DNA from: Octopus sinensis
Lineage: Eukaryota
DNA: 64,000 nucleotides
Assembly (NCBI RefSeq): GCF_006345805.1
Contig: NC_043007.1
Coordinates: 42,470,001-42,534,000 of the forward strand
Reading direction: 5' to 3'
Part shown: piece by piece, positions 52,216 through 64,000 of the stretch
Numbering within the stretch: position 1 is the first letter of the stretch
Layout of the letters: every line of letters begins with the position of its first letter
Notes under the pieces: model-generated
The model's database searches: none
What the model was told of the DNA's origin: nothing
The model's input: only the letters and a program-made list of their open reading frames with translations
Made by a program: the position numbers and the translations under genes

Positions 52216-53269
52216 TTAACCAATTGAGCATGTCCCTTGGTGGCTGATGTTATATGCATCTCTGATCACATGCAGAGGTAGTGGGAGAGCATCACAGCCA
52301 TGTGTTGAAAGGAATTCTTTGGGGTTTGGATGATTCACCTTTGAAAATATGGGCGTTTCATTCAATATCCTTAAACAAATTTTATTCAGGGACCTTTTGA
52401 GCAGAATGGGCTCCTCGACCTGAAGAAAATTCTAATTGGGCCCCACCTGCTAGGTCATGCACTGTTTATCTTGATATGAGATCATCATGTCATGCACATA
52501 TGGTTGTGATGCATGTGCCTGGTGTACCCTTATCAGACGGATAGTCATGATGGGTATATTGCCCTTCATATATTTGTACCCCAGTGTCATTTTGATGGCA
52601 TGAGTTGCTCTCTCACTCAATAATAATAAAAATTTTAGCACAAGGCTAGTGGTTTTATAGGAAAGATGTTAATCAATTGCATTGATAACCAAAGTGGTAT
52701 CAACCCCAAAAGGATGAAGGTAAAGTCAACCTTAGCAGAATTTGAACTCAGAACATAAAGAATTGAAAGAGATGTCACTGAGCATTTTGTCTGATGTGCT
52801 AATAATTCTATCAATTTGCCACCTTAATGATGATGATGATGATAAATCCTTTCTACTATAGGTACAAGGCCTGAAACTTTTTAGTAGAGAGGGCCAGTCA
52901 ATTACATTGATGAAAGGCAAAATTCACCAAAGTAGAATTCGAACTCATATAAAGCCAGAGGCTCAAAGCATTCTGTCCAGCATGCTAACAATTCTGCCAA
53001 CTCACCACCATCATCACTACCATCATCATTTTTACAGTTACTTTTCCATGCTTATTGCTCACTTTTGCAGTTGTAAAAATGATAATGTTGGTGATGATAA
53101 TAGCCTGATTTTAATTCCCTATATGTTGCAATTATTTCTTTTTATATTTGTAATACTGTCAGTGTAGGGGGGGCAGGGGGAGGGGGAGAGACAAAGAGCA
53201 AGCCAGTAAGGTTAGGAGGAAAATGGCACAAAAGCAACTAACTCTGAAAAACAGAGGCCACTGTAGTAA

Positions 53270-53552
53270 AAGGTAAGGTAAAGATGCTCTTCAATCAAGA
53301 ATGACCATGGGATTACACCTAGAAAGTTACCCTCTGAGGCACAAGTACAAGCAAGGTTGTTTATGGAAGACCAGCAGTCGCCCATACATACCAGCCTCCC
53401 CTCTCCACAGCAGTGATGTTGCAACTCATTTCTACAGCTGAGTGAACTGGAGCAACACAAAATAAAGTGTCTTGCTCAAGAGCACAACACACAGCCTGTT
53501 CCAGGAGTCAAACTCACTACCTCATGATTGTAAACCCGACCCTGTAATCACT
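53270..53552 (-). mobile_element. SINE-like element
   Basis: tttctacagctgagtgaactggagcaa..aagtgtcttgctcaagagcacaacac core-like segment. Confidence 0.6.
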
Positions 53553-54232
53553 GTGGTAATACTAGTAGAAATAGTGTAGTGAAGGGACAACACATCTGTG
53601 GGCTAGACGTTGGAGTACACTGGCCAGTGACTTCATGCCAATTAGTCAGTTGATCTTTTTCTCTGAGAGAGATCTAAACTCTGTAAAGAGTAGGTAGAAG
53701 TATGTTCTGACCTTGAACAAACTGTAAGATAACAGAGAGATTCTCAACGAGAAAAAAAATCTCAAAATCAATAAGCCAGCTTACTGAGTCATTTGGCATG
53801 TTCAATATAGAAGTCAAAGCTTTTTAGAAAATGTTCTAATAGCTTTAAAATAGCGATTATATGAGTCAAGGAGGGAATTCTTTTCATAATTAAATTGGTC
53901 AATATCAAAATTAAATCAACCTCAATAAAATTTAGTGATGTTTTAAAAATCAAGACCATAAAAACAAGCAAGAAGGATAATATGTAGTCAGACTGTTCTA
54001 AGCAGCAGTCAAATCTCTCTCAACAAATACATTTCCCATTTTTTAAATCATAACCATAGGATTCAGTGAGGAATCTCTTTGTAGGCACTCAACAGAAAAA
54101 CTTCCTTCAATATCTTACCCATTGTCTTTAACCATTTTTCTTTTTCTGCGATATTTCTAATGAAATTTCTGCTCATGTGTTTGAATTAAAATTGAAAATA
54201 ATCAAGAATTTGGAGAAATTTAATAAACTAAC

Positions 54233-54272
<40 letters not shown>

Positions 54273-55193
54273 ATTATTATTAAAACTGTTTATAAACAAA
54301 AGGTTCTTACATAAAATTGTAATAAGAGATTTTGATTTAAGTAAAGCTCATTAAAAGAGGCATTTTTGAATCACAGAATCAAAGCAGGGTCTCAGGAGGG
54401 TTGATATCAAAATGGTTATTTTAGCATATTTTTTTTTAATTAGGACATTTCCCACAGCAAAAAACAGAATGGCTTTTGCTAGAGACACACAATGACTATT
54501 CTGTTCATTTAATTATATACAACATAAATGTAGTTGTACATAAGCAAAACTGGCCAACGACTTTGTGTCTAAATTTTTCTCTATGGCTTTTTGAAACATC
54601 AAAAGATCATCTATCAGGCTCTTAAGTAGGTCTAACCACATCTGACAAGTATTGTGGAACATATGTATACAAAAAACTGTGGCTACTATATAATTCACTT
54701 CATAAACTAACCTAAAAACTGTACTGTCTTAAAAAATTAGCATTTGATAAAAAGAATTTATAATTACTCTTCAAAAATGAAACTGAAAAAAGAATACCAA
54801 ATGAAAGTTTCAAAAAATCCCACCAAGTTAACCTTTTAAAAAACCAAAGGTTTATCTTATCACCATTTTCCAAAACAAAACTTAGAAGTATTTTTTCCCT
54901 AGAATTCTGTTGAACACAATCTGAGGGCAACAAATAAACCTCATTCACATGCATTATGCAATGGAAAGCCTGAAGAAGTCACAATCAACCAAACCAGCAT
55001 GCAAGGTGTTCACACTGAATTGAGTTAAGAGCAGTAAGCTAACTGTTTATAATTACACACACACACATATTATATACACACACATACACATAAAGAAATT
55101 ACTTGAGTGACAAGCAGAACAGGTTTCTCAAGTGAGTTAAGATCAGAAATAAAGAAATGAAGGAGAATGAGAAATCAAGCAGAGGATCCTTAC

Positions 55194-55208
55194 CCCAGTC
55201 CAGGTCAT
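55194..55208 (-). CDS. AFTPH: Candidate 15-nt aftiphilin microexon (D-DLDW-V)
   Basis: On -: ccttattttccctccatcccag|ATGACCTGGACTGGG|gtaagg; phase 1-1, matching both flanking exons; no stop. Confidence 0.65.
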
Positions 55209-55604
55209 CTGGGATGGAGGGAAAATAAGGTGAATTCAGTAAAAGGATTATTGATTTGACAAACAATCAAAATACTTGGATGTTTAATTCCAGAAAGCTC
55301 AATATAGTATCATAAGGACAAATTAAATTTATGATGAAATTAGCAAACATTCACACAGTGAACCAAAATGTGTTTGTAATTTTTCCTTTTTTTTTCTCTC
55401 AGATATCATAAATTCAAACATCAATCATAATGTCTCATGTTTGTTTTGCAATAGGTGGCATCATAGTTTTGACATGTCTGCAAGTTGTATATTGCCATTT
55501 ACCTCAGTCCTACATGACACTGACTATAAGGTCCAACATCCCTTTGTTCAAACCGCACACACTATTTCAATATATTTTCTTGATCTTCTTCTGGCACAGA
55601 TAAT

Positions 55605-55806
55605 CATAATTTTGGTTTCAAATTCAGGGAAGGGGTAAGTAAATTACACTGACCCAAGTGCTTGACTGGTACTTATTTTATCGACCCTGAAAGGATGAAA
55701 GGCAAAGTCAACCTAGGCGGAATTTGAACAGAGAATGTAAAGATGGACGAAATGTCATTATGCATTTTGCCCAGAATGCTAACAATTCTGCCACCTCATT
55801 GCCTTT
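55605..55806 (-). mobile_element. Meta-type SINE
   Basis: ttatcgaccctgaaaggatgaaaggcaaagtcaacc..attctgcca. Confidence 0.8.
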
Positions 55807-56285
55807 CAGATAATAGTAGCTTTGAATTCTAACATTGGCAAAAATCCCTGAGATTAAATCTATCTCAGCTCTTGACTGGCCCTTTATTTTATTGATGTTG
55901 GGGTGGGGGTGGGGGGTGAAGGATAAGATTGATCTCAACAGAAACTTGATTTAAAACCTAATGGATCATAACTAAATGCCACAAGGCATTTTATCCAGTA
56001 CTTATGATTTTACTGATACACCACCCAAACAGTTAATTACAATTTTGTCAGATTCTTTTATTTGCTTCTCTTACAATCATCATATTAAACATATTGAAGA
56101 AAATGCTAATACTTCACATCCATTAAGTGATATGCTCACCAGTAAATTCCTGTTGCACCACGTTCTCACTTTTAGCTGTCTACTCCATAAAGACTGCTTC
56201 AGTCCTCAATCAAACATTGCAAGAATCCACTCAACTAAGATCTATCATATGAGTGTGTGTCTATGTGAAACTGAGATGTTCGTGC

Positions 56286-57110
56286 CTATATAATATTATA
56301 TATATAAAACTCAACTTGTGTGTCTGTGTGTGTGTCTGTGTGTTTAACTTCCCGGCACATCTCCTCCTAGCCAACAAATCGTAGAACCACCAAAAATGGG
56401 TCACTTAAAGTTTAGGTGAATGAAAATTGAACTGCGCTATTTCTGTTCCGAAATTCATCTCGCAAGTGCAAAAATCGATAATGTGTTTGTTTAGGCCTTA
56501 TCCCATACATTGAATAGTGAACTTTACTCAGTCAGCTGTTTGACGTGAACTGTGTTTACCACGCGTGAAAACATGCGTAAATTGCATGAAAAATAAAAAA
56601 TCAAGATATAAAAACGAATCGCCGTAAACATTGTAGAAATTCGGCAAAGAAATGAATTTTCAGGATGTAGCCTGGAGGGTTTTTTTCGTATTAATCGTGT
56701 GGACTTTGTGAACACATACCAATTGTTTTCATAATATTTTTAATGCTTTGAATTAAATGTGACCATTTTGCATTGAGTCTGCAGTTTGAATCACTTTAAT
56801 CAAATTTTAGCAGGCCAGATTTTTGATCATCATGATACATCGCCAGCGACTCCCTGAAACTTTCCCCTGAAATCCCCGTTGAGAAATACTGATCTAAAAG
56901 AATAATTCAACAATGCAATTATTTGATCAACAAAAATTTATGAAACGCTTCTACATACTTCCTATTGAGGAAATGGAACACATAAGCACAAAAATAGAGG
57001 GCATTAAATGCTTGATTTTAAAACCAAAATGACTGAATTTTGATTGAACTTCATCCAAGTTTAGCTTAATTTGCGCGTGCATAGAACGCACGAACCAGGC
57101 AATACTGCTA

Positions 57111-57111
<1 letters not shown>
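56286..57111 (+). mobile_element. Non-autonomous Helitron
   Basis: 5' tatatataaaac..(gtct/gtgt)n; 3' hairpin cgtgc..gcacg then atactgCTAG|T, the same 3' end as the 38910 element. Confidence 0.75.
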
Positions 57112-57177
<66 letters not shown>

Positions 57178-57181
57178 TATA

Positions 57182-58053
57182 CAGGGTGTGGTGAATAAAC
57201 TGTCATATAAATTACGCAAAAATGAAAATAACACTGACATCTCGTTTTAACAGATATATTTACCTAAATTACATAAAAATATCTTGAAATACTAAAGAGT
57301 AAATTCATTCAATAAAATCGCCATTGGCTTCAACCATGGCCTCCAGAGAACTTCAGAATCTCCTGCAACCCTTCTGGCTGGTCTCCTTGTTTAAGTTGGT
57401 GAATGCTACCATAATCCTTACCTTCACTTTATCTTTGGTGTTACAAGGAGGTTTGTTGGTCTCTCGCTTAACTGTGCCCCACACATAATAATCAAGGGGG
57501 TTGCAGTCTGGGGAGTTAGCTGGCCAGATGTTAGGGGTGATGTGGTTGCAGGAATTGTCTGACAGCCATAACTGGTTTCTCCTGCTTGTGTGGTATGGCA
57601 GTGTCCTGTTGCTAGACATAGGGTTGTCTAGCAGCCATCCTCTTCACCCAGGGCAGGCACTTGATGTAGGCCTCCATGCTGAGTCTGAGGCCACATAGGA
57701 AGATGACTGGAAGCATAACATTGCCATCACTAGTGATTACTCCAAACACCATGATGTTGACTGGATGTTTGATTTTTATCACTGTTGGTACATGTCTGCA
57801 GATCACACTGTCCTCAGATTGACACCCAAATACTCTGAAATGTTTGTATTGGAGCTTCCAACGCAAATGCCAAGTAGTACAGCATGTTGTTTCCAAATTT
57901 CTGGCAGAGTGAATTGTGTCGTGGAGCTGTTTTTCTCACAGATGGTACCCAACTGACCCTACTATACTGTGTAGTCGACAAAATCAAAAACAAACAATGA
58001 GCATGCATGAAATTAAAAATACAAAATGGTGACAATTTACACATCGCACCCCG
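57182..58053 (-). mobile_element. Internally deleted Tc1/mariner (maT/DD37D-like) element
   Basis: TA-flanked TIRs cagggtgtggtgaataaactgtca / tgacaatttacacatcgcaccccg; transposase remnants KHPVNIMVFGVITSDG and WPANSPDCNPLDYYVWG. Confidence 0.9.
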
Positions 58054-58149
58054 TATATATAAAAATATACACATATATACATATATGTATAACAAACAAA
58101 AAATATGTATAGAGAAAATTAAATCTTTAACTGTAGAATTCACCTTTCA

Positions 58150-58352
58150 AAGTCAACAATTGTTTCTGTTGCATTTAGACAGAGAAAATATCATTGAAAT
58201 TAATATTTCAAGGTAATCAAAAATTAGCTAAATTCACCTTGAAACACATTTGAAATACATGTTAAATGCATATTTTTGGAAATGTTAATTTCAATGATAC
58301 TTTCTATATCTACACATGTTAATACAACAGAAACAATCATCAGCTGTGACTT
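58150..58352. repeat. Foldback/MITE-like inverted repeat
   Basis: tgtttctgttgcatt..atcattgaaattaatatttc pairs with gaaatgttaatttcaatgat..aatacaacagaaaca. Confidence 0.65.
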
Positions 58353-58608
58353 TCTCCAAACATATTTTGTTGTCTGATACTCTGAATTTCACGAAATTCT
58401 TCGAAATGATATATGGATCTATTTGTCATACACGAGGAATTACCTTGGACGGCTATTCTACTTGAATTTATTGATGTCCAATTGTTGGATATAGTTAACC
58501 AAATTCATTTAAAACTGAGTGCTTTATTGATATCTGCCTGGATTTTTTAATCCTATTTTTTACTTCTTATATATTTTGAGTGTGTGTGTGTGTGTGTGTG
58601 TACGTGCA

Positions 58609-58665
<57 letters not shown>

Positions 58666-58677
58666 ATATATATACAT

Positions 58678-59098
58678 AGGCGCAGGAGTGGCTGTGTGGT
58701 AAGTAGCTTGCTAACCAACCACATGGTACCGGGTTCAGTCCCACTGCGTGGCATCTTGGGCAAGTGTCTTCTGCTATAGCCACGGGCCGACCAATGCCTT
58801 GTGAGTGGATTTGGTAGACAGAAACTGAAAGAAGCCTGTCGTATATATGTATATATATATATGCAAGTGTGTTTGTTTGTTTGTGTGTCTGTGTTTGTCC
58901 CCCTAGCATTGCTTGACAACCGATGCTGGTGTGTTTATGTCCCCGTCACTTAGCGGTTCGGCAAAAGAGACCGATAGCATAAGTACTGGGCTTACAAAAA
59001 AAAGAATAAGTTCCGGGGTCGAGTTGCTCGATTAAAGGCGGTGCTCCAGCATGGCCGCAGTCAAATGACTGAAACAAGTAAAAGAGTAAAAGAGTATA
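58678..59098 (+). mobile_element. Young full-length CORE-like tRNA-derived SINE
   Basis: A-box tggctgtgtggt, B-box gggttcagtccc, (TA)/(TG) linker, tail aagtaaaagagtaaaagagt. Confidence 0.9.
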
Positions 59099-59238
59099 TA
59101 AGCAAGTTATTGATTTGTCTAACTTGCTTATCCCTACATTTACTTCTATACCCTCTCAAGTTTAAATCTCTTGAGCACTACCAAGTGTATTCTTTATTGA
59201 AAATATCTGATTCTCATCTATGAACTATATGTGCGTGT

Positions 59239-59590
59239 ATCATCATCATCATTTAACGTCCGTTTTCCATGCTAGCATGGGTTGGACAGTTTGACCGGGG
59301 TCTGGGAAACCAGGAGGCTGCACCAGGCTCCAGTCTGATCTGGCAGTGTTTCTACAGCTGGATACCCTTCCTAACGCCAACCACTCCGTGAGTGTAGTGG
59401 GTGCTTTTTACGTGCCACTGGCACGGATGCCAGTCAAGGTGGTGCTGGCATCAGCCACGTTCAGCTGGTGTTTTTTATGTGCCACCAGCATGGGTATCAC
59501 AACTACAATTTCCATTTGATTTTTATTTTTATGTACTTGACTCAATAGGTCTCCTCAAGCACAGCAGGTCGCCCTACGATCCAAGGTACC
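59239..59590 (-). mobile_element. RTE-tailed SINE
   Basis: (CAT)n tail plus body matching 12014-12350. Confidence 0.85.
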
Positions 59591-61023
59591 CTATGATCCA
59601 AATATATATATATATTTAATGCTGGTGTTAAACAACTGAGACATCATGTCATCATTCATATATAAACACTTTAATATCGGGTGATCTTAAGACAGTTGCT
59701 CTTATATTAAAAGAGTTAACAAAAAGATTTCACCTTACTATTAATGAATTTGGTATTTTTACAAAGCTCCCCATTAACCAATTGATCGCAATTTTGACCT
59801 TTATAGAAATTATTGTCATATGTTGGTACAAGCATGTTATAGTCTCAGGCATAGAGACAGATATGTGGTTAAGAAGTTCACTTCACAACAACAGGGCTTG
59901 GGGTTCAGTCCCACTCTACAACACCTTTGGTCACTATCTTCTACTGCCTCAAATCAATGCCTCATGAGTGAATTTGATAGACAGAAACTGTGGGAAGCCT
60001 CAGTGTGTATGTGTATGTGTGCATGTGTGTGTGTGGACATATGCTCGCATGTATGTGTGTTACTATCTACACTCATGCACCATAGGCAGCAGTACTGCCA
60101 TTCCCTGGCAACAAATCATCTGCTCATCTCACTCTGAAAACATACAAAACAAAAGATCCTCTGACCCCAAAACAGAATAGGGACAGTAACAGGAAGGGAT
60201 TCTGGCTGCAAAAACAACGTCCCACAATACACTTGTCCAACTCATGCCAGCATGGAAAAAAGGAATGCAAAGCAAATAAATCAATCAATACTTTAATGTA
60301 AGGAACACACATACACAAACATAGATGAATGTGTGTAAATATACATGTATATACACATACATGCACATGTAAATACATACATATGTACACACATATATAT
60401 ACTCAATCATAATTTAATCTAAAATAATTTTAACATAATCTAAAACAAACACAAAATGTAGCGATGCAGATTTATAGAAACTAAAGAGCATATAAAAAAA
60501 AAAAGTAACATATACAACACACATCTCAAAAAACCCATCTCAAAACCTTATGTTCTCACCAGCTGGTGTGATATCAATCAAACTTTTGTTTGTTTATATT
60601 ATATTTGTCTTTTATAGAAGTGGAAGTGTGTGGCTTAGTAATTAGGAGTGTTGGACTTATGATCGTAAAATTGTGGTTTTAGTCCACTCAGCTGGCAAAA
60701 ATGAGTAATCCTGTGGCAGACCAGTATCCCGTCCAAGTGGAGAATTCACATGCCACAGGAACTGGCCCTATGAATCTACATGGCTTTGGAAGGATCTTCA
60801 TCCTTTTCTTTTTTTTTTTATTCTATTACAGTAAGGTAACAAGGTAATGCTGTTAATAGGATAAGTATGGAGGAAGATGAAAGTGAAATAAAAATAAAAT
60901 AAAAAAGGGGGAAGATGAAAGAAATAAGATAAAGTAAAACAATATAAAATACAATAAAGCTAGTAGTAAAAAAGTTTAATTTCTTCAATAGGTTAATGGA
61001 TGTAAATTTTTTTTTGTTCAGGG

Positions 61024-61054
<31 letters not shown>

Positions 61055-62448
61055 CACACACACACTCATTCACACATGTACATAATTTATATTTTTATTT
61101 TACTTCCCCTCATCTTCCTCCCTGCTAATGACATTACCCTCTTATCTCATTAAAATCTAACCATGTTCCCTGAGATACACCAACACATTGCCCTTGTCTC
61201 TTATACTTTACTTTTTAATAACTAACAGAGGCAGAGGTTTCTTTTACCATTTTATTTTGGGAACTTTAGAGGCTTTTGTTTTTGTTTTCTGGAGGGGTTT
61301 TTTTTGTTGCTAATTTGGCATGTCAAATGTATTTTGTTTTGCTTTTTTTGTGGTGGGTAACTACAAGTCCTTCATACTAATAATCACTCCAGTGAAGCAA
61401 AAAAAAAAAAAATCCTGCTTGGAATTTAGACTGAAGGAAACAGAGTAATGTGTACTTTAGAGGAATGTAACAGAAAGGTTTGAACTTATAGCCTGGCTAT
61501 AATATTGAATAGTCCCTTACTTTATCCTGAAAACAATTATACTTCCCATTTCCCCATTATTTTAAGCATATATATATATATATATGGTGAAATCAGCAAT
61601 CTGAGCAAACTGGTGGTATGTGTCAGCCAAAATTAATCAATAAAAGAGTTTGCAGTAGAGTTTAATGAGCTAATTTGTCAAGAGGAATGAAAAAGTCAAA
61701 CATTTGCCCAACATCCAAGACAAAAACAGAGACAGAGAATTTATAAAAGTGTTGTCTCACTCACTCACACACACACAAACACACATCCCTTTAATTAGGT
61801 GATGACTATTTTTCAGCAAAACAAATCAAGGCACTTGCCTAAAAGTAGTAATAGCTATTTTAAGTTTAGAAGGGCTGAAACACAGAATTTAACTTCTCAC
61901 CTAGTGAGAAAGGGGAAGGAGAGAGAGAGAGAGTGTGTGTGTGTGTATATATATATACACACACACATACATGCATATATAAATACATATCTACGTACAT
62001 TCGTATATACATTAATACACACACACATATAAATTGAATAAAATAAGTAGGCAATCGACAGTACTGACAATGCTAAATTCAATTATATTTGATTGATGCA
62101 AAGAAGTTAAAAAAATTCAGTGACATAAATGTCTCCACAAATGGTGTGTGTGTGTGTGTGTTTATAACTGAATAAATGAAACAGACATCTGACAATACTC
62201 TGAATTAAATTTGATATTGATTGATACCGGGAAGTTAAAAATTAAATTACATATAAATGAAATACCATCTTACACACATATAAAAAAATAATCTAATAAT
62301 TCGCTATTTGGGCAGATCTTATAACAACAAACATATAGTCACACATTTTTGCTTTTGCACACTCCAAAAACAAGAAAATAAATGAATAAAATAAAATAAT
62401 ATTTTTGAAATTCTTTAGAAATTGAACAATGACAGCAAAAGAACTAAC

Positions 62449-62529
62449 CTCCAGTTTTTGATATCGTAGTTTCAGGAGAGTCTTTCACCACAAGGAAGTC
62501 CAAGTCCAAAGTATTTGCCGATGCTGCCG
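62449..62529 (-). CDS. AFTPH: Aftiphilin exon (xAASANTLDLDFLVVKDSPETTISKTG-)
   Basis: ttttcag|...G|gttagt, 81 nt, phase 1-1. LDLDF clathrin-box-like motif matches the recalled aftiphilin LLNLDF segment. Upstream exons lie beyond the window. Confidence 0.85.
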
Positions 62530-62621
62530 CTGAAAAGTTACGGAGATAAAAAAAAGGGACCAATATACTGACGTTAAGGAAAGAAGATTACAAATCAAAG
62601 ATTGAAAATTATTGGACAAAC

Positions 62622-63205
62622 TATCTTTTTATCTTTTATCTTTTTACCTGTTTCAGGCATTAGACTGTGGCCATACTGGGGCACTGCTTTGAATTTTTAG
62701 TCGAATGAATCAACTCCAGTACTTATTTTTAAGCCTGGTACTTATTCTATTGGTCTCTTTTGTCAAACTGCTAAGTTATGGTGATCTAAATACACCAACA
62801 CCAGTTGTTAAGTGGTAGTGGGGGATAAACACAGACACACACACATATATATGCAATGGGCTTCTTTCAGTTTCTGTCGATCAAATCCACTCACAAAGCT
62901 TTGGTCGGCCCAAGGCTATAGTAGAAGATACTTGCCCAAGGTGCCATGCAATGGGACTGAACCCAGAACCATGTGGTTGGGAAACAAGCTTCTCACTTCA
63001 CACCCACTCCTGTGCTTATATATAATATTAGCTTCAAATTTTGGGGGTGGGGGAGAGGGTTAGTCGATTACATCAACCCCAGTACTTATTTTATTAATCC
63101 TGAAAGGAGTAAAGGAAAAGTTGACCTCAAAACGTACAGAGTTGGAAGAAATACTGCAAAACTTTATCTGACATGCAAATGGTTCTGCCAGGTAGCCACC
63201 TTAGC
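62622..63205 (-). mobile_element. CORE-like SINE followed by a Meta-type SINE fragment
   Basis: Reverse complement similarity to 58678-59098, then to 10770-10975. Confidence 0.8.
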
Positions 63206-63709
63206 AAAAAAAAAAAAAAATAATGTATTAAGTTAGACATGGCCTAGGCTTATACTGGCCAAAAACTATCAAAGTTATTAAATAGTCAAAAAGTCAGTGT
63301 CATCAATATTATTATTAAAATGGCTAGCTGACAGAATCATTAGTATATCAAACAAAATGCTTTGTGGCATTTCTTCTGTCTTTACATCCTGATTTCAGAT
63401 TCTGCCAAAAGCAACTTTAAGCCAAGGGCACCCCTTTTTTTGGAGGGGGGGGGGGCACAATAAAATAAAATGCCAATCAAGTACCGGAGATTGTTGTAAT
63501 TGACTTAAAAGAAATAATTTCTTTTACTTGTCACATGAACAACAAATGAAGGATATATAACAAAAATAAATTACAGAAAGTGGGAAAGGGGTTATGTAGA
63601 ATGAAAAAGAGAAATTAAACAAGAATTTTTTTATAGAAAATTTATTATTGATGAAAGATTTTTAGATGATTACAATTAATCTTAAAAGTCGATATTTACT
63701 CATGTATAT

Positions 63710-63832
63710 TTTATCATTATTATTATTACTATTATTATTATTATTACAATTATTATTATTATTATTATTACTATTATTATTACTATTATTAATATTATTA
63801 TTACTATTACTATTATTATTATTATTATTATT
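63710..63832. repeat. (ATT)n microsatellite
   Basis: Imperfect ATT/ACT run. Confidence 0.95.
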
Positions 63833-64000
63833 AAGTCACACAAAGACTTGTAGAGAAATTAGCACACATTAAAGGTTAGGGGAAAAAAGAAAAAGAAAAA
63901 TGAAATAACTTTTTAAATTCTAACTTTTTTTTTCTTTTTTGCATTTAAAAATTTATTATTTGTTACAAGGATAACAAGTGAAGAAGAAATTACACAGACA

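Noticed and set aside
63666-63872. Poly-Leu ORF resembling a signal or transmembrane peptide
   Set aside because: It is an (ATT)n microsatellite.

Overview
AT-rich, microsatellite- and SINE-dense eukaryotic DNA. The SINE families (tRNA-derived Meta-type, CORE-like, RTE-tailed) suggest an octopod genome, probably Octopus. Most ORFs in the supplied track are repeat or microsatellite artefacts. Manual splicing of short exons gives three genes. (1) The 3' half of a SPATA17 (IQ-motif sperm/ciliary protein) gene on + (exons 15-50, 284-413, 2486-2634, 3176-3305, 4115-4153). (2) A second, strongly diverged SPATA17 paralogue on + (10 coding exons, 21376-36441, ~326 aa), with matching exon phases and a degenerate first IQ motif. 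(3) The 3' end of aftiphilin (AFTPH) on - (62449-62529, a candidate 15-nt microexon at 55194-55208, terminal exon 48591-48817). Around and inside the genes lie mariner/Tc1 relics, two Helitrons, a solo LTR with a 4-bp TSD, a CRE-clade LINE fragment, piggyBac/hAT-type MITEs, MITEs carrying TTAGGG repeats, a Penelope-like palindrome with a decayed hammerhead core, and a templated two-segment insertion. All gene identities come from recalled protein motifs and hand-checked reading frames. No database search was run.
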